64,000 bases of DNA from Oscillospiraceae bacterium (GTDB lineage Bacteria; Bacillota; Clostridia; Oscillospirales; CAG-272): NCBI GenBank assembly GCA_015063845.1, contig SVTJ01000010.1, positions 9,846 through 73,845 of the forward strand, in the 5' to 3' direction. The translations under genes and the position numbers were made by a program. A model generated the notes under the pieces. It saw only the letters and a list, made by a program, of their open reading frames with translations. It was not told the origin of the DNA and searched no databases. Numbering within the stretch: the stretch's first letter is position 1; each line of letters begins with the position of its first letter. Shown here one piece after another: positions 39,485-48,332 of the stretch.

Positions 39485-39513
39485 TCCCGCGCCTCGAAAG
39501 CGAGGCGCGGGAG
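39485..39513. terminator. Strong GC hairpin (terminator or mRNA stabiliser)
   Basis: CTCCCGCGCCTCG-AAAG-CGAGGCGCGGGAG; no clear minus-strand U tract. Confidence 0.45.
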
Positions 39514-39526
39514 TTGATTTTAGAAA

Positions 39527-40369
39527 TTACTTGACAATGAGCTGAGCGATGTAGTCAGTGCCTGCATCCCCATTGAATGCCGCGTAGAACGCGCCATCGT
39601 ACCAGAAAATACTTTCTATTTCGTCAACATTGTCAACGTAAAGCAGGCAAACTCGTTCACCACCCCAGGTATAGACCGTGATGATGTTCTTTGCCGCATT
39701 TGTTATTCCCGACTGGGAGTAATAGATATAGTGCGAGTCACAGAATATACCTTGCGCGGTATATCCAAGCCTTACGGTTTCAAACTCACTTGTGCAGGTC
39801 TTAAGCTCTCCGTCGTAGACCATCAGCGCAAAGTTATACTTTGACTGACCTGTCTTAGTAACGACGTATCTGTCTCCGATCTCGCTATAAGCCATACTGA
39901 AAAACGACTTGCTGAGAGTCTTCTGGGACACCGCGTTGAGCGTAGACGGATCTATGAGCGTATACGTAGTACCCATATGAATAGCGTAGAGATAGCCCGT
40001 GTTGGGGTTGTAGGTCAGATCGTTAGCGTGTCCCACGTTAACTATCGGGCCTATCATATCAACCGTCCATGTTTTGGGGTCTATTCTCACAACGCGTGTT
40101 TCATCGTCGTTTCCGTCGGTTTTGAGTGCGTAAACGTAGGTTCCGTCAGTGCAAGAGCCCTGAAGAGACTTCATTGCGCTTCCATCCGCCTGCGTATACT
40201 CACTGTCGACAAACGAGAACTTCGTATCGGTCGTCATATTGACTACCTTGAAGCTTGTCGTCTCGCCCGTTTCGCTGGGCTTCTGCGTGGTATTATCCCC
40301 CGTAGAATCCCAGTCGTAAACGGTAAATGTTTGTTCCTGCGTAGTTTGAGCTTGTGCTAATTCAGACAG
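39527..40369 (-). CDS. Putative beta-propeller domain; frame open up to the TGA of the upstream gene (first ATG at 40237)
   Basis: QGSCTDG, GHANDLTYN, QGIFCD, EIES; 44 sense codons lie between the TGA at 40370-40372 and the ATG. Confidence 0.7.
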   Translation of the reverse strand: MSELAQAQTTQEQTFTVYDWDSTGDNTTQKPSETGETTSFKVVNMTTDTKFSFVDSEYTQADGSAMKSLQGSCTDGTYVYALKTDGNDDETRVVRIDPKTWTVDMIGPIVNVGHANDLTYNPNTGYLYAIHMGTTYTLIDPSTLNAVSQKTLSKSFFSMAYSEIGDRYVVTKTGQSKYNFALMVYDGELKTCTSEFETVRLGYTAQGIFCDSHYIYYSQSGITNAAKNIITVYTWGGERVCLLYVDNVDEIESIFWYDGAFYAAFNGDAGTDYIAQLIVK

Positions 40370-43300
40370 TCATTGAGCAGAGGAGGTTACGATATCCTGT
40401 GCGCATGCTGCCGTTGCATCTATTGTGTAAACGTCAGTGTACTGAATGTGGCCACTGGTCGTCTTTACGTATGCAACTACGTAGAAGTCAACGTCGTTAA
40501 GGTAGTAGTCAGCCTTAAGGTTTGTCAGGTCAAGAACTGCAACAAGCTTGCCGTCCTCGGGAGACCAAGTTGTCTGGTCAGCCTGTCTAACCTTTGTGTA
40601 AAGCTTGTCGGTCGTGCTGGAGGGCGCGCCGTTCTCAACGATGTTCGCAGCAGTGTCAAGATCCTTTGCTATATAGAAGCCAACCTCTGCAAACTCGTCG
40701 TTACCTGCAACTGCCTCGTCAACTACGAAGAGAAGTCTGAGGTCTGTGGAGGTAGAATCGTCAGTTGTACCTGCCTTGATCTGGAAATACTTATCTGTAC
40801 CGAAGTGCTTATCGCCTACGAATACTGTCTGCTCGAAGCCTTCATTTGCAACTATGACCTCTGCCGTATAGTTCTTAACAACAGCCCAAACTGCCTCGGA
40901 AATGCCAAGCTTTGCGTAAGAATCGCTTACGTCGGTCGTGGGAGTCGTAATATTATCAGCGTTCTTGTTGAAGGTACCTCTCTGATATGAGAAAGAGGTA
41001 TCGGTTGAATCAAGGAAGTCATACTTATATGCTCTGATGTCGGTATCGGGAGCTATCCAAATACCGCCGAGTATATTATAGCTATTATTGGAGAATCTGC
41101 TGCTTGTGCTAACTGTAGGAGTTGTCTGAGAGTTCTTGTGTCCTACAATACCGTATCCGCTGGTTGTTTGTTCCGTAGTCTTAACGAATACACCGCCATA
41201 CACTTCCACGTTACCAAGATAACCGTTAGTATTAGAGGTACCTGCCGAGATAGCAGCTCCTGCACCAACTACGAACGTACCGCCGTAGATCTTGAGCGCT
41301 GTGCCATCCTGACCCGCATATGTAGCGGAAACTACAAACGTCTCAGCTGCGATGGTCGTTGCATATCCGTGTCTGATCATCTGAGCATTCTGGTGGGCGC
41401 TATCCATCGTGAATGTACCGCCGTAGATATTAACGTCACATCCGCGAGCCTCAAGAAGTATTTGCTCGCCGGAGTTCTTACGCATGAAGTCACCGCCGTA
41501 AATATTAACGTCAACCTCAAGTCCACGAAGAGTGATCAGCGTATCAGAAGATGTAGTGGTAAGGTTTCCGAACTTACCGCCATAAATGTTTATGTCGGTA
41601 TCGATCGTGTTGTTAGCCTCGGTATTGATATATATGGGTTTATTAGAGCCGGAGAAATCAGCGTCGTAAATATTGATATCAAACGTTCCGCCTGTAATAC
41701 CGGCTGTTGTGTTGAAGCCTGTTGTCGTCTTGAAAGTACCGCCATATACATTTGCGTTCACGGTTCCGCCCGTTATAGTCTTCATGAAATCGAATGCAGT
41801 CGTTCCATTGAACGTTCCGCCGTAGATGTTAGCCGTTGTCGTTCCCGCGGTCGTCGCATCGACAATGAGAAGACTCTTTGTTAAGTTAAACGTACCGTCA
41901 GATATGTCAGCCTTTACCGTTCCTCCGGTGCTTGCATTTACATAGATAAGGCTCTCGGTCAAGTTAAACGTACCGTTCTTTATGGTGATCTCTGTGCTAT
42001 CGCTGTTATCCTGCGCCTTAATATACGCAAACGTGGTAGCGTTAACCTCTCCGCCGTTGAACGTGAACTTTACGGGAGTGCTGTATGTATCTGCACCGTT
42101 GGTGTTGTACATAATGTACGTAGCCCTGAGAACAGAAGTACCGCTTACAGTAATGTTAGCAGCCTTTACAGGATAGTTACCGTTATCGATGTTATACATA
42201 AACATCTTAGAAGTGCCACCACTAAGCTCAACTGTACTGTTGTCTATCTTTATGTTTACTGTACGGGTGTTTTTAGACTGTCTGTTCGCAAACAGGACAC
42301 TCTCAGTAGTTATAACACTACTTCCGTTGAGAATGTTTATGTTATACGTAGACATGCTTCCAAAACTAGCTCCCTTCGTTCCCGAAGGTGCAAACATACC
42401 TCTGGTGTTCAAAGGAGAAGTATCTGTGGAAACATCCGTAGATGCGGTATTGGATACCGACATATAAGTGTTGTCAAGTGTTACCGTATAAGTTGCGGGG
42501 GGAGTAGCTCCCAGACCGATAAGGTTGTTGAAGAAGTCGTTTCTGACTGCTACGCTAGAGCTGTTAACGCCTACGGTCTGACCGAGGTTCATAACGTTCC
42601 TCGTGCCGTTAGCATCGGTAGTCTCGCAATCCTTAAGGTATACGTGCAAGCTCTTAGCCGTGTAGTAAAGCTTGGTACTGAAGAGCTTCGCAAGATCCTG
42701 ATACGTGTTGTCCGTTGTAGAGGTTGCGTGCAATCTCCAACCGTCAAGAGTAAGCTTGACGTCGGTCGTATTCTTGCTTGCATACACGAGGTAGTCAGGC
42801 TTGTTTGCCGTAAAGGTGTTGTTAGGCTTCATGGTAACGTCCAAAGAGGAGTTTGCTCCGGACGAATGAACAAGTCTCGCGGTTGTCTTTGAGCCTTCGT
42901 TTATAATAGTACAACCGTCGAAGGAAAGCTTAATGTTGTCATATTCACATCCAAAAGCCATAATATGCGACGCTGAACCGTGCTTTATAGTTGTGCCAAC
43001 AAAGCTAAGATCCATATGAGCATAGGTAGTTGTGGTCGAATCGGTTGAAGTTCCCCAAGTTCTTACAAGATACTGACCGGAAGCAGTTGCATCCATTTCT
43101 GAATTAGTTACTGTTCCCTTAAGTGTTGCATATATGCTCGAGCTTGAGAAGCCTTGTATATGGAACATCTGTGCGCCTGTGCTCTTGATATATACGTTGT
43201 CGAGATTAACCTCAACAGTTCCTGCTTTAGAAACTACGCCCTCAGAACTAGCTTGCGTAGTACTGTAGAACAGCTTTCCTGAGCCGGTCGACGTAAAGGA

Positions 43301-44209
43301 TGTTCTCTCGTCACCCGTTGCACCTACAGGGCTGGTCGCATTAACAACTACCTTACCGTTACCGCTGTTAAGGAACATAGCACCGTTGCCAACTGTAAGC
43401 TTAGAGCCGTTCGTTACGTTTACGTTAATAACAGTCGTAGCATTATTATTTATCAAGTTAGCAGCTCCGGTATTGATCGTAGCACCGTCAAAGTTTATGG
43501 TGTACTCTTTTCCCTTATAAGTAGCGTTAGGGGCAGCCCAACCCAAGATCCAGGACTTATCATCTTCCGTTCCTCTCTTGAAGCTACACTCACCCTTAAG
43601 GGTTACAGCTCTCGCTATTTCGCTTCTCATTGCGATCGCTGCTGCCGTGTATTTCGTTTCGCTTCCGTTCACATACTCAGGCATCGTTACATTCACGCCA
43701 TCAAGAGTAAGTGCACAGGCTCCACCCATACCGAACAGGGCATTGTTAGCGCCATGGGTATCAGCTACAACAAAATCTACGTTTTCGATCGTGAGATCGT
43801 CACCACCGCCTATCAAACACCAAGCACTCTTAAGAGTTCCTCCGGAAACGTTGATAGTAATTGTGGGATTTCCACTGGTAGCATCGTATGCCTTTATCGT
43901 GGCATTTGCTCTCCAGTTATCGGGAAGAGTTGCTGTCTCCACGATATCATTCAAAATGTAGATCGTGTAATAATCGTCATCATTATCCGTTCCCATTTTG
44001 TATTCGTTAAAAGCTGCCAAAAGCGTGGGGAAAAGCTTTCCGTCTGCTTCTGTGACACCGTCGGGGTATGCACTACCAATGTAAACAGCTATCTGATTGT
44101 CATCTTCAAAAGATGCAGCCGTAGCAGAGAATACACCCGTAGGGATCATGAGTGCGAGCATAACAAACGCAAGTGCAATGCTCAGTACTCTCTTAAATGA
44201 CTTTTTCAT
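40370..44209 (-). CDS. Large secreted Thr/Asn/Gly-rich beta-helix-like surface protein (1279 aa)
   Basis: GGAGG SD, Sec signal MKKSFKRVLSIALAFVMLALMIP...ATA-A, many (V/I)NIYGG(T/D/K)F repeats. Confidence 0.85.
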   Translation of the reverse strand: MKKSFKRVLSIALAFVMLALMIPTGVFSATAASFEDDNQIAVYIGSAYPDGVTEADGKLFPTLLAAFNEYKMGTDNDDDYYTIYILNDIVETATLPDNWRANATIKAYDATSGNPTITINVSGGTLKSAWCLIGGGDDLTIENVDFVVADTHGANNALFGMGGACALTLDGVNVTMPEYVNGSETKYTAAAIAMRSEIARAVTLKGECSFKRGTEDDKSWILGWAAPNATYKGKEYTINFDGATINTGAANLINNNATTVINVNVTNGSKLTVGNGAMFLNSGNGKVVVNATSPVGATGDERTSFTSTGSGKLFYSTTQASSEGVVSKAGTVEVNLDNVYIKSTGAQMFHIQGFSSSSIYATLKGTVTNSEMDATASGQYLVRTWGTSTDSTTTTYAHMDLSFVGTTIKHGSASHIMAFGCEYDNIKLSFDGCTIINEGSKTTARLVHSSGANSSLDVTMKPNNTFTANKPDYLVYASKNTTDVKLTLDGWRLHATSTTDNTYQDLAKLFSTKLYYTAKSLHVYLKDCETTDANGTRNVMNLGQTVGVNSSSVAVRNDFFNNLIGLGATPPATYTVTLDNTYMSVSNTASTDVSTDTSPLNTRGMFAPSGTKGASFGSMSTYNINILNGSSVITTESVLFANRQSKNTRTVNIKIDNSTVELSGGTSKMFMYNIDNGNYPVKAANITVSGTSVLRATYIMYNTNGADTYSTPVKFTFNGGEVNATTFAYIKAQDNSDSTEITIKNGTFNLTESLIYVNASTGGTVKADISDGTFNLTKSLLIVDATTAGTTTANIYGGTFNGTTAFDFMKTITGGTVNANVYGGTFKTTTGFNTTAGITGGTFDINIYDADFSGSNKPIYINTEANNTIDTDINIYGGKFGNLTTTSSDTLITLRGLEVDVNIYGGDFMRKNSGEQILLEARGCDVNIYGGTFTMDSAHQNAQMIRHGYATTIAAETFVVSATYAGQDGTALKIYGGTFVVGAGAAISAGTSNTNGYLGNVEVYGGVFVKTTEQTTSGYGIVGHKNSQTTPTVSTSSRFSNNSYNILGGIWIAPDTDIRAYKYDFLDSTDTSFSYQRGTFNKNADNITTPTTDVSDSYAKLGISEAVWAVVKNYTAEVIVANEGFEQTVFVGDKHFGTDKYFQIKAGTTDDSTSTDLRLLFVVDEAVAGNDEFAEVGFYIAKDLDTAANIVENGAPSSTTDKLYTKVRQADQTTWSPEDGKLVAVLDLTNLKADYYLNDVDFYVVAYVKTTSGHIQYTDVYTIDATAACAQDIVTSSAQ

Positions 44210-44223
44210 TTTTAAAGTCCTCC

Positions 44224-44722
44224 AAATTGTTTTTTTATTAGGAGTCACGTCTCGTTCCCCCCGCGAAACGCCGCCCGCTCCTCGGGCGTTAGCTTTTTCC
44301 GTCTCCAACCGCTATATATAATTATGTAGCGTTCAGACGGACGGGGACTCACGTCTTGTTCACGTGTTAAGGTTTGGATGGGAGAAGCACGTCCTTCCCC
44401 GACAGCGAAATATTATCTTTCGCTGTTCTTCCCTCTTTCAATCACTCGCAGCCGCTTAGTAAAAACACATTTCTACGCCGCCAAGCTCAACACAGGCTCT
44501 ACGCTCAGCCCGCTCTCGCTTATTTGCCGCTCCGTTATTTACTTTTAGGGATCTTTTGCGAAGGATGCTTCATCTTTGTTTAATATGACTCTTTTTCATC
44601 CTTGCCTTTGAGCTTCCATTAAACCTTCTGTAGAAGAAGGACGTACCTCTTCTATCTTCTGCCTTCTCGCCTCTTAAAACACTTGCGCGCTCCAAAAGGT
44701 AAGGTTTAACACGTTAACCTTG
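44224..44722 (-). ncRNA. Candidate large structured RNA / leader (about 500 nt)
   Basis: Nested long-range helices, including an 18-bp helix (44633-44650 with 44383-44400) whose four non-Watson-Crick positions are all G.U on the minus strand. Confidence 0.6.
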
Positions 44723-44726
44723 AAAT

Positions 44727-44873
44727 TTAGAGAATGTCAGATACGTCTAATTTTGCTCCTATCTCGTCCTGACCGATATTACCAGTCTCAAGACTGCTGT
44801 CAATAAGGGAAATCGCTATTTCTTCCGTGGTAAACTTGTCGAAGATTACCTCGGGAGTGCTGTATTCTTTCAT
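44727..44873 (-). CDS. Unannotated 48-aa acidic peptide with N-terminal YxxP motif
   Basis: AAGGAGG 7 nt before ATG; MKEYSTPEVIFDKFTTEEIAISLIDSSLETGNIGQDEIGAKLDVSDIL*. Confidence 0.75.
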   Translation of the reverse strand: MKEYSTPEVIFDKFTTEEIAISLIDSSLETGNIGQDEIGAKLDVSDIL

Positions 44874-45072
44874 TTCAGCGCCTCCTTAAGTTTTTTTATT
44901 AGCCTTACGCTCGGTGCGTATTCCGACCGCTTGACCTATATCTGTTCGCTCGCTCGCGCTTCGCGCTATACGTGCCGCTGGGTTAGGACGGCTCACGGGA
45001 GCATACATGCCCGCTTTCGTTTAGCTCTCTGCACTCACTTGCGTGAACATTCATTCTTTTGTAAAATAACTA

Positions 45073-45101
45073 TTGACATTTGCCTGCCGCTGTGTTATAA
45101 T
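45073..45101 (+). promoter_or_regulatory. Sigma-A promoter of AraC gene, overlapped by a CTGTGTT direct repeat
   Basis: TTGACA-17-TATAAT; CTGTGTT at 45090 and 45104. Confidence 0.75.
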
Positions 45102-45184
45102 AACTGTGTTTTCAAATACGTTTTGCTTGATTTTCGCACCTTTCACGGCGGAAATCTTATAATTTCCAATCATCGGAGGTTTTT

Positions 45185-46027
45185 ATGCACTTTCAATTCA
45201 GAAGCTTTCTCCCCGAGAACACCAACTTCCGCGCTATGCACAAAACCCAGATAAGCGCCGCGTCGCCCGACCACCACGACTATCATCCTCACTACGAGCT
45301 CTATTATTTCGATAAGTTCATAAAGCAGGATGTCGTTATAAACGGCCAACTTATTTGCGTGGACAAGCCTTGCGTTATCATAAGCGCGCCCTTCTCGATC
45401 CACGGAATGTCTCTCACGGATGCCACGACCACCGACTTCGAGCGTTACGTTCTCTACTTCGACGACCGCTTTCTCGCTTCTTTCAGCGACACTTTGCTGC
45501 CACTCAGCGTTTTTCATAAGTCGAGCAACTGCATATACCCGCTCACAAGGGAGCAAAATGAGACAGTCAAGCTCTTGTTCGAGCTGCTTCTCAGTGCCTC
45601 GGAGCACTACCCCGAATGTTGCGCTTATTTCGCCGCAATAGTAAACTCCGTCGTCCGTTTTGTGCCGCCCGAAAAGCGTATCACAAAGGGCTCTGCGAGC
45701 CATTACATAGTCGACGTGCTTAAATACATATATGAAAACAAAAACACGTCGGTCAACGCGGATACCATTTCAGAACAGTTCCACGTCAGCCGTGCAAAGC
45801 TCGACCGAGATTTCCGCAAATTCGTTGGACAATCAATACACAAAACGGTCATTGACTGCCGCCTCAACTACGCATCCGAGCTGCTTATCAGCACGGATAT
45901 GCAGATCCGAGAGATCGCTTCGATCTGCGGCTTTGAAAGCGAATACTATTTCTACGCATTTTTTAAAAGGAACACGGGAAAAACCCCATCAGCGGTCAGA
46001 AAGACCAAGACTTTTGGGCAAATGTAA
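45185..46027 (+). CDS. AraC-family regulator
   Basis: HYELYY cupin sensor; CGFESEYYFYAFFKRNTGKTPS HTH. Confidence 0.93.
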   Translation: MHFQFRSFLPENTNFRAMHKTQISAASPDHHDYHPHYELYYFDKFIKQDVVINGQLICVDKPCVIISAPFSIHGMSLTDATTTDFERYVLYFDDRFLASFSDTLLPLSVFHKSSNCIYPLTREQNETVKLLFELLLSASEHYPECCAYFAAIVNSVVRFVPPEKRITKGSASHYIVDVLKYIYENKNTSVNADTISEQFHVSRAKLDRDFRKFVGQSIHKTVIDCRLNYASELLISTDMQIREIASICGFESEYYFYAFFKRNTGKTPSAVRKTKTFGQM

Positions 46028-46441
46028 CAAATATTACGTAAATACCTTGTCTTTTAGTGACAAAAACCCAGTATTTGAGGATATTTACGATTCTATTATA
46101 ACACAACTCCCTATATATCACAATACGATTTTCACGCATTTTACCTCTCAAAAACTAACATTTTCAATCTATTTTTCAAAAAAACGTCCTTTTTGAAAGC
46201 CTTTTTGCTCAAAATAACATCAACTTTTCAAAAATTGCCATTTTTCATTTAATTTCGCGTTTTTTGATGCGTTTTTGCCCTGATTTTGAGCAACAATTAT
46301 ACAAAATCCAAAGCAGATGTTTCACCGAGCGCGCAAAGCTTTTTGCCTATCCCTTCCCCTGCTTTTGCCCGCACTTGACACTCGGACGATTTTTTGATAC
46401 AATATTTTTCGTTGAATAACCCAACAAAAGGAATACATAAA

Positions 46442-48304
46442 ATGTCAGAAATTACAAAAATTGCCATTATAGGCGCAGGACACGCAGGCATCGAAGCGGC
46501 TCTCGCTTCGGCAAGAACGGGCATAGATACCGTTCTCTTCACCATGTCCCTCGAATCGATAGCCAATATGCCCTGCAACCCCTCAATAGGCGGTACGGGC
46601 AAAGGACATCTCGTCTACGAGATCGACGCGCTCGGCGGAGAGATGGGCAAGGCCGCTGATAAGGTCACCCTGCAATCACGCACGCTGAACCTCGGAAAAG
46701 GCGCTGCCGTTCACTCAAAGCGCGTACAAGCCGACCGCAAGCGCTATCATATAATAATGAAAGAAACCCTCGAATCGACGCCAAATCTGCGACTTGTGCA
46801 GGCAGAGATCGTCGATATAGGTGTAAAAGACGGCCATGTGTGCTCCGTAACCACAAAGCTTGGCGAGGTCTGGGAGTGCGAAGCGGCTATTATTTGCTCG
46901 GGAACCTATCTCGAGAGCCGAATTTTCGTAGGCGACGTCAATTACGAGAGCGGCCCCGACGGATTTCTTGCTTCCAAGGGCCTTTCCGCCTGCCTTGAGA
47001 ATCTTGGCATTAAGCTACTTAGATTCAAAACAGGCACGCCGTCTCGAGTTAAGAGAAGCACCATTGATTTTTCCGAGCTTGAAGTGCAGAACGGTGAGGA
47101 AAGCATCACGCCTTATTCCTCGCAGACCCCCGACGATTATTTTGACACCCTTCAGCAGCTTCCTTGCCACGTAGTATACACCAACGCCCAGACCCACCGC
47201 ATCATTAGAGACAACATCACGCGTTCGGCGATGTATTCGGGCCAAATACACGGCACGGGACCACGCTATTGCCCATCTATCGAGGACAAATTGACACGTT
47301 TTGCAGACAAAGAACGTCATCAGCTGTTTGTCGAGCCCGTCGGAGCAGACACCGAGGAGATGTACATCCAAGGTTTTTCAACATCTCTCCCCGTAGACGT
47401 CCAGCACGAGATGCTCGCATCTCTCACGGGCTTCAAAAACGCACAGATAATGCGATATGCCTACGCTATAGAGTACGATTGTATTGACCCCACTCAACTC
47501 CTTGCAACCCTTGAATTCAAAGCCATCAACGGACTTTACGGCGCAGGACAGTTCAACGGCACATCAGGCTACGAGGAAGCGGCAGCGCAAGGCCTTATAG
47601 CAGGTCTTAACGCCTCTTTAAAGATCAGAAATATGTCCCCTTTGATACTCACAAGAGCCGAAAGCTACATAGGAACTCTCATTGATGACCTCGTGACAAA
47701 GGGCACAAACGAGCCATACCGCATGATGACGTCACGTTCGGAATACAGACTGCTGCTCAGACAAGACAACGCCGACAGACGACTCACGCAAAAAGGATAT
47801 GACGCAGGGCTCGTTACAAAATCGCAATACGATGCATATCTCAAAAAGCAGGAACTCATAGACAAAGAGATCGAGCGTCTAAATACGACCTATATTTCGC
47901 CAAAGGTCGCAAACAAGCTTTTGAATAGACTCGAATTGACACCAATATCCACGGGCTTTTCCTTATCAGAGTTGCTCAAACGCCCACAGCTCACCTACGA
48001 ACAGCTCGCAGAAATCGATGCAAAACGACCCAAGCTGCCAAAAAGAGTTGTGACAACGGTCGAAGTTACGGTAAAATACGAAGGTTACATCAAGAGGCAG
48101 ATCAACGAAGTTGAACGTCAAGAAAAGCTTGAGACAAAGCGCCTGCCCGAAAGCCTCGACTATTCAGCGATCAAAGGTCTGAGAATTGAAGCGGCGCAAA
48201 AGCTTAACTCGATAAAGCCGCTGACGATCGGTCAAGCAACGCGAATCAGCGGAGTTAACCCCGCAGACATATCAGTTTTGCTTATTTATTTAGGAATGAA
48301 ATAA
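46442..48304 (+). CDS. mnmG: tRNA uridine-34 carboxymethylaminomethyl modification enzyme
   Basis: GAGHAG, MPCNPSIGG, GPRYCPSIEDK, AGQFNGTSGYEEAAAQG. Confidence 0.98.
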   Translation: MSEITKIAIIGAGHAGIEAALASARTGIDTVLFTMSLESIANMPCNPSIGGTGKGHLVYEIDALGGEMGKAADKVTLQSRTLNLGKGAAVHSKRVQADRKRYHIIMKETLESTPNLRLVQAEIVDIGVKDGHVCSVTTKLGEVWECEAAIICSGTYLESRIFVGDVNYESGPDGFLASKGLSACLENLGIKLLRFKTGTPSRVKRSTIDFSELEVQNGEESITPYSSQTPDDYFDTLQQLPCHVVYTNAQTHRIIRDNITRSAMYSGQIHGTGPRYCPSIEDKLTRFADKERHQLFVEPVGADTEEMYIQGFSTSLPVDVQHEMLASLTGFKNAQIMRYAYAIEYDCIDPTQLLATLEFKAINGLYGAGQFNGTSGYEEAAAQGLIAGLNASLKIRNMSPLILTRAESYIGTLIDDLVTKGTNEPYRMMTSRSEYRLLLRQDNADRRLTQKGYDAGLVTKSQYDAYLKKQELIDKEIERLNTTYISPKVANKLLNRLELTPISTGFSLSELLKRPQLTYEQLAEIDAKRPKLPKRVVTTVEVTVKYEGYIKRQINEVERQEKLETKRLPESLDYSAIKGLRIEAAQKLNSIKPLTIGQATRISGVNPADISVLLIYLGMK

Positions 48305-48320
48305 AGTTTCACGTGAAACA
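48305..48320. other. parS site 1
   Basis: AGTTTCACGTGAAACA versus consensus TGTTTCACGTGAAACA. Confidence 0.9.
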
Positions 48321-48332
48321 TACGGAGATACT

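Noticed and set aside
40370-40372. TGA as selenocysteine or genome-wide TGA reassignment
   Set aside because: No convincing bacterial SECIS follows and the position is in a linker; conserved genes here (rsmG, rarA, deoC) end normally at TGA
44210-44308. Upstream TTG start for the giant protein given by the ORF track
   Set aside because: ATG at 44209 has a GGAGG SD and begins a typical signal peptide; the extension lies within the structured leader
44362-44714. Invertible DNA segment bounded by inverted repeats
   Set aside because: Repeats are nested, interrupted and G.U-biased, fitting RNA pairing; no recombinase in the window
44727-44873. Lasso peptide precursor call
   Set aside because: No clear Thr(-2)/Gly1 core arrangement and no cyclase, peptidase or RRE genes nearby; kept only as YxxP peptide
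46028-46441. AT-rich intergenic region as oriC
   Set aside because: No consensus DnaA boxes (TTATCCACA) recognised and no dnaA/dnaN in the window
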